Of a DNA stretch of 64,000 nt, positions 50,053 to 64,000 are shown one piece after another. Numbering within the stretch: position 1 is the first letter of the stretch; each line of letters starts with the position of its first letter. The notes beneath the pieces were generated by a model, which did not search any database, had not been told where the DNA came from, and saw only the letters and a list, made by a program, of their open reading frames with translations. Source of the stretch: the human T2T-CHM13v2.0 reference genome, Homo sapiens; assembly GCF_009914755.1 (NCBI RefSeq), contig NC_060926.1. One strand, given 5' to 3'. The position numbers were made by a program, and so were the translations under genes.

Positions 50053-51362
50053 GTTACTATAGCTCTGTAGTATAATTTGAAGTCAGGTAATGTGATTCCA
50101 CCAGTTTTGTTCTTTTTGCTCAGGATAGCTTTGGCGATTCTGGGTCTTTTATGGTTCATTATACATTTTAGGATTGTTTTTCTGTTTCTGTGAAGAATGT
50201 CATTGGTATTTTGATAGGGATTGCATTGAATCTGTAGATTGCTTTGCATAGTATAGACATTTCAACAATATTGATTCTTCCAATCCATGAACATGGAATA
50301 TCTTTTCATTTTTTTTGGTGTTACCTTCAATTTCTTTCACTATTGTTTTAAAATAGTTTTCATTATAGAGCGCTTTCACTTCTTTGGTTAAGATAATTCC
50401 TAGGTATTTAATTTTATTTGTAGCTGTTGTAAATGGGATTACTTTCTTGATTTCTTTTTCAGATTGTTCACCCTTGGCATATAGAAATACTGCTGATTTT
50501 CGTATGTTAATTTTGTATCATGCAACTTTACTGAATGTATCAGTTGTAATGGTTTTTTTGGTAGAGTAGGTTTTTCCAAATACAAGATTATATCATCTGC
50601 AAAAAAGAACAGTTTGACTTCTTCCTTTCCAATTTGGATGCCCTTTATTTCTCTCTTGTTTGATTGCTTTAGCTAAGACTTTCAGTATTATGTTGAATAA
50701 TTGTGGTGTAAGTGGGCATACTTGTGGTGTTCCAGATATTAGAGGAAAGTCTTTTAGTTTTCCTCTATTCAGTACGATACTAGCTATGGATCTGTCATAT
50801 ATGGCTTTTATTATAGTGAGGTATGTTCTTTCTATCCTGTTTGTTTGTGTGTTTTTTCAGTTAGCACTAGCCATCTCATCCCCGGTTTTTTTTGACAGTT
50901 TTCATCATGAAGGGATGTTGAATTTTATCAAATGTCTTTTCACCATCAATTGAAATGATCGTATGGTTTTTATCTGTTGATGTGATGTTTCACATTGATT
51001 GATTTGTGTATTTTGAACCATCCTAGCATTCCTGGGATAAATCCTACTTGGTCATGATGAATGATCTTAACATATTATTGAATTCGGTTTACTGGTATTT
51101 TGTTGAGGATTTTTGCATTAATGTTCATCAGAGATATTGGCATGTAGGTTTCCTTTTTAAAAATTTTTAATGTATCTTTGGTTTTGGTGTCAGGGCAATA
51201 CTGGCCTTGTAGAATAAATTTGGAAGTATTTTCACCTCCTCAATTTTTTGGAATAGTTTGAGTAGGATTGGTATTAATTCTTCTTTAAATGTTTGATAAA
51301 AGTCAGCAGCAAAGCCCTGAGGTCCTGGGCTCTTCTTTGATGGGAGACTTTTTATCATGGCA

Positions 51363-51684
<322 letters not shown>

Positions 51685-52187
51685 TCATCTTGTTACTTGT
51701 TATTGGTCTGTTCAGGTTTTGGATTTCTTCATTGTTCAATCTTGGTTGGTTGTATGTGTCTAGGAATTTATCCATTTCTTCTAGATTGTCCAGTTTGTTG
51801 GCATATAGTTGTTCATGGTAGCCTCTAATCCTTCAGTTTCTGCGGTATCAGTTGTAATGTTTTCTTTTTTTATCTCTAATTTTATTTATTTGAATCTTGT
51901 ATTTTCTTAGTTTGGCTAAAGGCTTGTCAATTTTGTTTATCTTTTCAAAAAACCAACTGCATTTTGTTGATCTTTGGTATAGTTTTCTACATTTCAACTT
52001 CATTATTTTTGCTCTGATCTTTATTATTTCTTTGCTTCTACTGACTTTGGGTTTGGTTTGCTCTTGTTTTTCTAATTCTTTAAGATGCATCATTATGTTG
52101 TTTATTTGAAGTTTTTCCTCTTTTTGACATGGGGACTTATAGCTATAAACTTCTTCCTTAGTACTGCTTTCACTGTAGCCAGTAGGT

Positions 52188-52523
<336 letters not shown>

Positions 52524-53202
52524 TAAATTTTTTAATTTCCTTCTTAATCTCTTTATTGACCATTCAGTAATGGTCATTACAGTACCGTATTGGTCATTCA
52601 GCAGCATATTGTTTAATTTCCATATGTTTGCATAGTTTCCAAAATTCTTCTTGTTGCCGATTTCTAGTTGTATTCCATTGTGTTTAAAGAAGATACTTAA
52701 TATTATTTCAATTTTTTGAATATTTTTTAGACTTGGCTTGTAGCCTAACATATGATCTGTCCTGGAGACTGATTCATGTGCTAAGGAAAAGAGTATGTAT
52801 TCTGTAGCCATTGGAGGAAATGTTCTGTAAAGTCTATTAGGTCCATTTGGTCTATAGTGCAGATGAAGTTAAATGTTTCTTTGTTGAATTTTGTCTAGAT
52901 GATCTGTCTAATACTGAAAATGGGATGTTGAAGTCTCCAGCTATTATTGTATTGGGGTCTGTCTCTTTAGCTCTAATAATATTTGCTTTATATATCTGGG
53001 TGCTCTAGTGTCAGTGCATATATATTTAAAATTGTTTTATTGTTTTGCTGAATTGGCTCTTTTATCATATAATGACTTTTTTTTTTGGTCTCTTTTGTAG
53101 TTTTTATCTTGAAATCCATTTTATCTGATATAAGTATAGCTACTCCTGCTCCTTTTGGTTTCTATTTGCCTGGAATATCTTTTCCTATTCCTTTATTTTT
53201 AG

Positions 53203-53522
<320 letters not shown>

Positions 53523-54720
53523 CTATGTGTGTCTTTATAGGTGAAGTGTGTTTCTTTTAGGCTACAGATCATTGGATCTTGTTTTTTTATCCATTCAGCC
53601 ACTCTGTGTCTTTTGATTGGAGAGTTTGGTTCATTTACATTCAATGTTATTATTGATAAGTAAGGACTTACTCCTGCCACTTTGTTATTTGTTTTCTGGT
53701 TGTTTTGTGGTCTTCTCTCCCTTCTTTTCTTCCTCCTTGTCTTCTTTTTAGTGCATGTGATTTTATTTGGTGGTATGTTTTAATATCTTTTTATTTTTTC
53801 TGTATCCTTTATATCACAGTTTTTAGATTTGAGGTTACCATGAGCTTGCAAATAATATATCCCATTATTTTAAACTGATGACAACTTAACATTGGTAGCA
53901 TACATAAACAAACAAGCAAAAAGAAAACTAGTAAAAACTCTAACTTTGTCTCCCTGCTTTTTAACTGTTTTTTGTTTCTATTTTATATTTTATTGTACTA
54001 TGTCTTGAAATGTCATTGTAGTTATTGTTTTTGATCAGTTCATCTTTTAGTCTTTCTACTCACAATATGAGTAGTTCACACACCCCAATACAGTATTAGA
54101 ATATTCTGTGTTTTTTCATATATCTACTATTACCAGTGAATTTTTTACCTTCAGATGATTTCTTATTGCTCATTAACATCCTTTCCTCTCAGACTGAAGA
54201 ATTCCCTTTAGCATTTCTTGTAGGACAGGTCTGGTGTTGATGAAATCCCACAGCTTTTGATTGGGAAAATCTATTTCCTCTTCATGTTTGATGGATATTT
54301 TCTCCAGATTACTATTCTGGTATAAAGTTTTTTTTTTTTTCCTTCAGCACTTTAAATATGTCATGCCAATCTCACCTGGCATGAGATTATAAGGGTTCCA
54401 CTGAAAAGCCTGCTGCCAGATGAATTGGAGCTCCATTGCATGTTATTTGTTTCTTTTCTCTTGCTACTTTTAGGATCCTTTCTTTATTCTTGACTTTCAG
54501 GAGTGTAATTATTAAATGCCTTGAGACAGTCTTCTTTGCATTAAATCTGTTTGATGTTCTGTAACCTTCTTGTTCTTGAATAATGATGTCTTTCTCTAGG
54601 TTGGGGATGTTCTGTGCTGTTATCCCTTTGAATAAACTTTCTACACCTGTGTCTCTGTTTACCTTATCTTTAAGGCCAATAACTCTTAGAGAAGCCCTTT
54701 TGAGGCTGTTTTCTAAATAA

Positions 54721-55041
<321 letters not shown>

Positions 55042-55799
55042 TCTTTTTCTTTTTTGTTTCCTTTGACTGTGTGTTTTCAAATAGCCTGTCTTCAAGCTCA
55101 CTAATTCTTTCTTTTGCTTGATCAAGTCTGCTTTTAAGATACTCTGATCCATTCTTCATTATGTCAATTGCATTTTTCAGCTCCAGAATTTCCTTTTGCT
55201 TCTTCTTAATTATTTCCATTTTGTTGTTAAATTCATCTGAAAGATTCTGAATTCCTTCTCTATGTTCTCTTGAATTTCTTCAAGTTTTCCCAAAACAGCT
55301 ATTTTGAATTTTCTGTCTGAAGGATCACATATCTCTGCCTTTCTTTGATTGTTCCCCGGAGCTTTATTTAGTTCATTTTGGGAGCTCACGTTTTCCTGGA
55401 TGGTCTCGATGCTTGTGGATTCTCGTTAGTGTCTAGGCATTAAAGAATTAGATGCTTATTATAGTCTTCACCATCTAGTACATCTTGTTTTTACTCATCC
55501 TCTTTGGGAAGGCTTTCCAGGTATTTGAAAGGATGGGGGTGTTGTGATCTAAGTTGTATCTGCATTAAAGGGCACCCCAAGTCCAACATCATTGAAGTTC
55601 TTGCAGACTTGTAGAGGTACCACCTTGGTGGTCTTGGATAAGATCTGGAAGAATTCTTTCTATTGCCAGGCAGAGACTCTTGTTCTCTTCCCTTTTTCCC
55701 AAATAAACAGAGTCACTTTCTCTGTGCTGGACTACCTGGAGCTGAGGGACGGGTGACACAAGGACCCCTGTGGCCACTACCACTGGCACTGTGCTGGAT

Positions 55800-56790
55800 C
55801 AGACCTGAAGTCAGCATGGTACTGGGTCTTGCCCAAGGCCCACTGTAACCACTACCTGGCTACCGCTCAAGGCCTAGGACTCTACAATCAGCAGATGGTG
55901 AAGCCAGTCAGGCTTGTGACCTTCCATTCAGGGGATTGAGTTCTCCTGAGCCCTAGTAGTTTTAGAGATGCTGTCTGGGAGCCAGGGCCTGGTTTGTAAA
56001 CCTTAGGAATCTACCTGGTCCTCTGTTCTGCTGTAGCTAAGCTGGCACCGAAACCACAAGACAAAGTCTTTCCCACTCTTTCCTCCCCTTCTCCCAGGCA
56101 GGAGAGCCTCTGCCTGTATCTGCCACCATCAAAGGCCCATAGGAAGTATTGCCAATGTTCACTTAAGTCCTAAGGGCTTTTCAGTCAGCTTGTGGTGAAT
56201 GCTTCCAAATCTGCAACTCACCCTTCCTGGCATTGGGCTCCTTTCTGGGCCAGGATAGGTCCAAAAATGTCATCTAAGAGCCAAGGCCTGAAATTGAGGC
56301 TCCAGAGTCTGTTTGGTGCTCTTCCCCACTGTGGTAGAGCTGGTACCTAAGCTGGAAGATAAAGTCCCCTTTATTTTTCCTTCTACTTTTTTCAAGCAGG
56401 AGTCTCTCCCCATAACCACATAGGTAGGAATGTGGTAGGTCACACCTGAAGCCAGCATGTTTCATAGTCTCACTCAAGGCCCACAGCATGTTCTACCTGG
56501 TTACCACTGCTGATTATTCAGGGCTGAAAGGCCCTTTAGTCAGGAGGTGATGAATCCCGCCAGCAGTGGATCCTTCCCTTCATAGCAACTGGTTCCCATC
56601 TGGCCCAGGGTTTGTCTAGAAATGTTGTCCAGGAGCTAGGGCCTGGAATGGGGGCCTCATGACTCTCCTTGGTGCACTGTCTTACTTTGGCTGAGCTGGT
56701 GTCCAAGTTGCATAACAAAGTCTTCTCTACTGTTTTCTCTCCTCTCAAGTTGAAGGAAGGAGTCTCTTTTGGAGCTGTGAGCTGTGCTGC
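55800..56790 (-). repeat. About three diverged ~300-350 bp tandem units in the L1MA 5' UTR
   Basis: Recurrent aaggccca..., gagc(c/t)a(g/a)ggcctg..., agctgg...aaagtc blocks starting near 55830, 56130 and 56470. Confidence 0.7.
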
Positions 56791-57596
56791 CTGGGGTTGG
56801 TGGAGGGGTGATGCAGGCACTCCCTTAGCTACCCCAGCTGGTGACTCACTATGTCATGTGTCCCCTGAGTCCGCTGGCTCTGATCCTAGCACAGCTTTTA
56901 GACTTTCCTGTAAGTTTCAGTCCTTGTGGCCTAGAGTGCCTTTTGTTTATTGAGGACCCCACAGCTCTTTAGCTTTCTGTGGTGAGGCTTGCCGAACTCA
57001 AGTTCTGGCTTCTGAGATGAGCAATCCCACTTTGGCTAGAGCTGATCTAAATGTTCCCTCTGTGGACATTGGCTGAGTTCTGCCTGGTGTTGGCAGCACC
57101 AAGTTCCAATGTAAAGTCCCACAATTGCTGCACTCTCCCTCTCCCAAACACACAGATTCTCTCTACTTGGCTGCTGCTAGCGGATGGGGGAAGGGTGGTG
57201 TCGGAAATTAAAGGGCCTTTCCTACCCACTTCAGTTTGTTTTTCTGCAGTATGAAGTTAAAACCAGGTATTGTGATCACTCACCTGATTTTTGGTTCTTG
57301 TGAAAGTGCTTTTTTATGTAGGTGTCATATTTGGTGTTCTGACAGGGAGGAAGATTGGTAGAGGCTTCTGTTTGGCCATCTTGCTCTGCCTCCCAGGGCC
57401 TAGATGGTAATTTGTTAAACAATGGATGAACCAAAATTGGCACATGATTACTATCCAAAGTCTGTAATTTATCTTAGGGTTCACGCTTGATATTGTAACT
57501 TCTATGGGTTTTGACGTGTATAATGACATGCATCTGGCATATAGTATCATGCAGATTGGTTTCAATGTCCAAAAATCTCTGGGATCCACCTATTAA

Positions 57597-57936
<340 letters not shown>

Positions 57937-57989
57937 AACTATTGATCTTTTCACTGTATTCCATAGTTTTGCTTTCCCTTCAACATGTG

Positions 57990-58490
57990 TTTGTAGAGCG
58001 CCTACTGTGTTCCAGTTTTGCAGACCTTGGGGATTAAATATTAAGTAAGAAGCAGTGGCCTTTGGAGCAAGATATAGGCCTGGCAGTTACCCTGCATTTT
58101 AATAAATACCACTAGTTTACTAGGCAGTCTAGAAAGACCCCCGTCCCAGATTTGGGAGTTAAGGAAAGACTTCATGGAAAAAGTTAGATCTACATCGAAG
58201 CCTGAAGAAAGAGGTGGTATCAACAAGGTAAGGCGATAAAGGAATAGCAACTAAGATTTTCTAGGCAGAGAGAATAGCCTAGGCAAAAGCCAAGAGGATA
58301 GAGATAGAATATACACTTAAGAGCTAAAAGGAGCTCAAAAGCAATGGTAGGAAGAACAAATGATTGGAAGATTGTAAGAGGTAGGGGGATATGAAGAGAA
58401 ATGAAGCTAGAGAAGGGGAGAAGTTTCCTGACTGTGATTTGCCTTGTAAGCCATATTGAAGACTTAGAATTTAAATCTAGAGGTCAGAGA
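57990..58490. mobile_element. L2 fragments
   Basis: gagcgcctactgtgttccag; aggaaagacttcatgga; aggcagagagaatagcctaggcaaaagc. Confidence 0.6.
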
Positions 58491-58690
58491 AGTTCTTATA
58501 GATTTTTTTCTTTAATTAAGCTTTGTATTTAGAGATAATTATAGTTTGACATAGAGTTGCAAGAAATAATTCAGAGAGACTGGGCACACTGCCTGACACC
58601 TGTAATCCCAGCATTTTGGGAGGCTGAGGCGGAAGGACTGCTTTGAGTCCAGGAGTTCAAGACCAGCCTGGGCAACATAGTGAGCCCCTA

Positions 58691-59264
<574 letters not shown>

Positions 59265-60036
59265 TCAAAAGAAAAAAAAAAGTGATGAATTACATTTTCA
59301 TTTTTCATTCAAATTCTTTTTTTTCTTTAGTATCGTAGCCTAATTTTTAAATTTGTTTTGGCTCTGAGCCCCTTGCTAATTTGCTAGGCTAGATTAGGCA
59401 AACAGAAATCAGCACCCTGAATTATTTTCTACTCTTATCTTAAAGAAGTTTATGGTTTGTGAATGTGTGTGAGAGAATTTTATAAAGCAAGAAGTTGGTA
59501 GCTTTAAAGAATTCTGGACTTAATGTTGATCTGCAACATTTAGAATTTTTTATTTGAAATGTTATTGATACAGTATGAATGCTTGTTGGAATATGAATTC
59601 TACTTCAAGGTGTTAGATGATGTATTTGCAGAGATACATAGACCCTGCTCTCAAAGTTTAGACTCTGTTGGGTCAAATAGACTTTTTGACATAATTTCAT
59701 TTCATTGAGGTAAGTGCAGGGATAGAGATATTAGGGCATTTTTGGAAGAGAAAGGGGCACTTACCTTACTAGGAGAGGAGGAGTATTGGGGAAGCCATAC
59801 TTGAACTGAGTCTTGAATGGTGAATAGAAATTAATCTGTTGAAGGTGATGATAAGACATTTCAGAACATTTAGAATAGCACGAACAGAGACACATAGAAG
59901 AAGCATCATATTGGGATTGCTAGTTGGGGAATTACAAACAGGTTAGTGCTGTTTGAGTGTCAAGTGCGGGAGGCAGGAAGTTGTAAGACACTAAAAGATA
60001 AGCAGGGCCTGTTGTGTTGAGTTTGAACTTCATGCT

Positions 60037-60954
60037 CAGTGATTCTCAAACATATCCAGCCCAGTGTTTCTTTTTTTGTAGTAAATATTTTCTAATGCTC
60101 CTTTATGATCCTTAAAAGGAATTCTTATAATTCACATATAATAAAATTAAAACATAATTTCTAATATGATGTCATAAATGTAGTACAAAGGAAAAGTATA
60201 AGAAATCTAAACATGATTTGAAATATATATTTTAAAATATAAATGCTTAAGCATTATATCATTAGAACACATAATGAATTAATCAGATGCTTGTACCTAT
60301 ACATGGTATTACTGTGAATGCACAGCAACAAATGCAGGTATATAAAATGTGTTGTATTGGTAGGTAAGATATTTTAAATGGTATTGTCACTGGTAATGAG
60401 ATTTTTCAAAATACTTAACATCCTATTTGTAAAGTTCTGACCAAGTCAAAGTACAAGTTGTATTAATTGCATTCCTGGAAAACTTGGTGTTTATTAAAAC
60501 CGTGAAAAAATACTTTTTTATGTAAAACAAAATACTTAATTTTTAGGCTGAAGTAATTATAAACAGGTTTTTCCACACAATGTCAGATGGGACATTGCAA
60601 AGTCATGTGAGACACAGGTCTTTTTGTCCTGTGGGATGTTCTTGGTCAGGGGTCTGCAAACATCAGCCCACAGGTGGTCACACTGCCTGTATTTATATAG
60701 CCCATGAGCTAAAAATGGTTTTTACATTTTTAAAGAGTTGTACGAAAAAGGGAAGAATATGCAGCAGAGGGTTACAACTTTTACAGAAAACTTGCCAACT
60801 CCCGTTTCTTGGGTATTGAAGGATGCCGAACATCCCTAGCTCATGCTCACTTAATGCGAACAGCACTCCCTCCAATCACTGTGAAACCAAATGTAGCCTC
60901 CACCATTTCTCAGGTGCCTTTGGGAGGGCAATACTACCTGGTTGAGAACCACTG
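60037..60954. mobile_element. hAT-Charlie-type DNA transposon remnant
   Basis: Inverted termini cagtgattctcaa ... ttgagaaccactg. Confidence 0.7.
60647..60804 (+). mobile_element. MER58A-like MITE nested in the Charlie element
   Basis: caggggtctgcaaac...gagctaaaaatggtttttacatttt...ttgccaactcccg; flanks ttcttgg. Confidence 0.8.
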
Positions 60955-61574
60955 TTTTGGTTTATCAGTTTTCAAATTTTTATTCCTCTGCGACACATTT
61001 AACAGATAGTAATACATGCATAATATAGTTCTATGCAGAGTTCCTGTGTTTTTAATTTTCTTTTTTTCTTCCATTCAAGTAAACAATTAAAATGAGGGAG
61101 GTAATTGTTTAATATAAGGATACTTTGAAAACCCTCTGATTTATACTTATAAAAATCTTTACAAACATTAATACTTGTACTACTACTACTGCTAACTATA
61201 TTATGTACAACTTACCTTATACCTCATAGGAGAGTGCTTCACACCATCCTGCCTGACCACCACTGAAGCAAGTAATAGTCAGCCATGGGATAACTTTAAA
61301 CAAGCAAGTGCCAGCATCCTATATTTATATTATAGATAGATCACTTTGATAGTGGTATAGAAGATAGACTTGAGGGAGTCCACACTTAGTTTAGGTTCAA
61401 GATAGTGAGGGCTTCTACCAGCTAGTAGGGACAGATCAGAGGGGACATATTATTAGAGAATTATTTCAGATGTAACAATCAGTAGAACTTGACAACTGAA
61501 AGTTACAGGCATTTGTTTTTCTTTTTCTTTTCGAACTCATTTTACTGCCAGAGGCATTTGTTTTTAACACTTTG

Positions 61575-61734
61575 TTGCCTGCCAGAATCACTTTGGAAGC
61601 TTTTTAACAATACCAGTGCCTAGGCTTTACTCCATAATTCCTGGAAATCAGAATTTCTGGGATAATAGCTGGGCGCTGATATTTTAAAATTGTACTTCAG
61701 GATTCTAATGTGCAGCCAGTGTTGAAAACCACTG
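61575..61734. mobile_element. MER5-type hAT-Charlie fragment
   Basis: agaatcac...gattctaatgtgcagccagtgttgaaaaccactg. Confidence 0.7.
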
Positions 61735-62110
61735 ATTCAAGATGTGGAAGAGAGAGAAGAATAAAGGATGAGTACCAGGCTGTCAGCCTAGGCTGCCAGT
61801 AGATGGAAGTAGTGTGCTGTGAACAGTATCTGTTTTATGGTAGCTATTCAAATATTTCTTAAGTGAAAATTGATGACTTTGAACCTAAACCAAAATCAAT
61901 TTCTCATTTAATTTTTGATTGTTCTAAATTTGGATGAATTGACCCTAGTTCAAGATATTATTGACTGGAACCCAACCAAAATAACTTTTGTCACAGATGA
62001 AATTATATCAGAATGGATATCTCTTGATATTATTTGAGAAGAAGAATGATACAAATTACCTGAGTTGTGACATAATATTGTGAAGCAAGGTGTCAGTGGA
62101 AATAATTTGA

Positions 62111-62462
<352 letters not shown>

Positions 62463-63304
62463 TGTATTTGTATTGATTGGCATAGCCAGAGGTTTGGGGT
62501 CCTGCTATCTGGTAAATAGGCAGATATTCAGTAAATGTTTATTGAATTGTAATGTGAAATATCTTTAATGTACCAGAAAGTTGTAATATTTACCATATAA
62601 TTTTTTATATTAATGAAGAAATGAAAGACAGCTTGTTTTTCTTTCAGCTCCAGTCTCACTTGCTCTGCCTGTGTTCTACTTGGTGTTGTTACCTTTACAT
62701 TCTTCTGTTCCCACTGCCACCACCCTCTTTTAGTCAAGACTCTTGGTTCCAAATGATAGGAATACAGCTTAAATTGAATAGTTGATGGAATTTTGGGTTG
62801 TCTGTAGGAAGGATGCTGAGATAGCATTATAGAATTGCAGGAAGGCCTGCAGGAACTAGGGTCTTGGGAACTATAAAACAGGGATATCACCCCATTAAAA
62901 TCCACTCTCACTTCATTCTATTTTCTTGCAGACATGCTTTTGCCAAAAGGTCCAAGAAAATGCTGTCTGTAACTCCAGCCTCATGTCCTTCTTATACTAT
63001 GACCCAAAAAGACAAGATCATTTCTCCTGCCCTAAATTGGGACCAGTCAGTGCGCCCAGAGAAAGGAGGATATTGTGATCTGTCTGGTTTGGAGCTTATG
63101 CCAGTCCCCATGGCCACTAGCAGATAGGGGCATAGCAAAGAAGAGGCAAGGGGAGGCTTACCCTGGGGACTAAGTTATTAACTGCTGCTGTCCTCTCCTA
63201 GGCTCCATTGCCCTAGCCCTCTGAAAATTTTTCACTTCAGTCCAACTACTTACTGTTATCAGATTCAGCTTAAAATTTTTTTTTTCATTAAAAACATTTT
63301 TAAA

Positions 63305-63426
63305 AGAGAGACAGGGTTTTGCTGTGTTTTCCAGGCTGGTCATTGTCAGCCTCCAGGGCTTGAACAATACTCCTGCCTCAGCCTCTGGAGTAGCTGGGAC
63401 TGCAGGCGTGTGACACCACACTGGCC
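63305..63426 (-). mobile_element. Alu monomer (FLAM-like)
   Basis: gagacagggttttgc...ctcctgcctcagcctc...gctgggact. Confidence 0.82.
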
Positions 63427-64000
63427 AGATTCAGCGTTCTAAACCACACGTTGCATCATGATTTCCCAGTTACCTAGCCTTTAGTGGCCCCTCATTACGT
63501 ATATATAACAATGTCTAAACTTGATGTACTTTAATCTGGCTCCAGACTGCCTTCTCAATCTTATCTCTCAGTTTTTCTATTCACTGTTAAACTGAGCTAG
63601 TTGGCCTTCTAAGTTCTGAGAACACTTACATATTCCTCACTCAGTCATCTAAACTTTAAGTAAAAAATTTGTGGTAATACTCTTCAAATCATTGTTTGAT
63701 GTCTCAGGATCTCTGAAGGCCAGCAACTGAAGCATTGTAGCTACTCATTAGGGACTGGCATCTCTGTATCATTGTTGACAGAATGTACCAGTTTACATTT
63801 TTTTCAGTGGTAGTGATACCGAGTCTACTTCTCTGTGTAGTCACTTGTGACAGCTAATCAGAGGGAAACCTGGCTTAACTGTTGAGGCTTTGGCCCTGCA
63901 CTTATCTCATGGTGCTTTCAGAAAAATCAGTTGACTGCTTGAAGCTTCAGTTTCCTTTTCTGTAAGTTGAGAGTGAAGAGCACTATAATACTATCATCTA

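Overview
Human genomic DNA; a human-specific L1HS Ta-1 insertion is present. The window is almost entirely transposable-element derived, and I can support no protein-coding exon, RNA gene or CRISPR array. Main contents: (1) about 55 Alu copies or fragments; (2) a nested ERV1 stack at ~2.9-19.7 kb, with a two-LTR MER4A-type provirus carrying a MER50 solo LTR, all inside an older MER4-group provirus; (3) a 1.9 kb HERV-I/LTR10B-like mini-provirus with a tRNA-Lys PBS, an env immunosuppressive-domain remnant and p53-like half-site arrays; (4) several solo LTRs (LTR8, LTR10C, MER21, THE1 x2, MST); (5) DNA-transposon MITEs; (6) a near full-length old L1MA at 47.0-57.4 kb that hosts the young L1HS Ta-1 copy and a small inversion. 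Most L1 and ERV copies lie on the minus strand, which suggests an intron of a plus-strand gene that I cannot identify. Family and subfamily names come from recall of consensus sequences, not from a database search. Boundaries are approximate unless a target-site duplication (TSD) is quoted. I did not find a convincing new biological system; the best leads are the L1HS Ta-1 insertion, the mini-provirus and several template-switch rearrangements.
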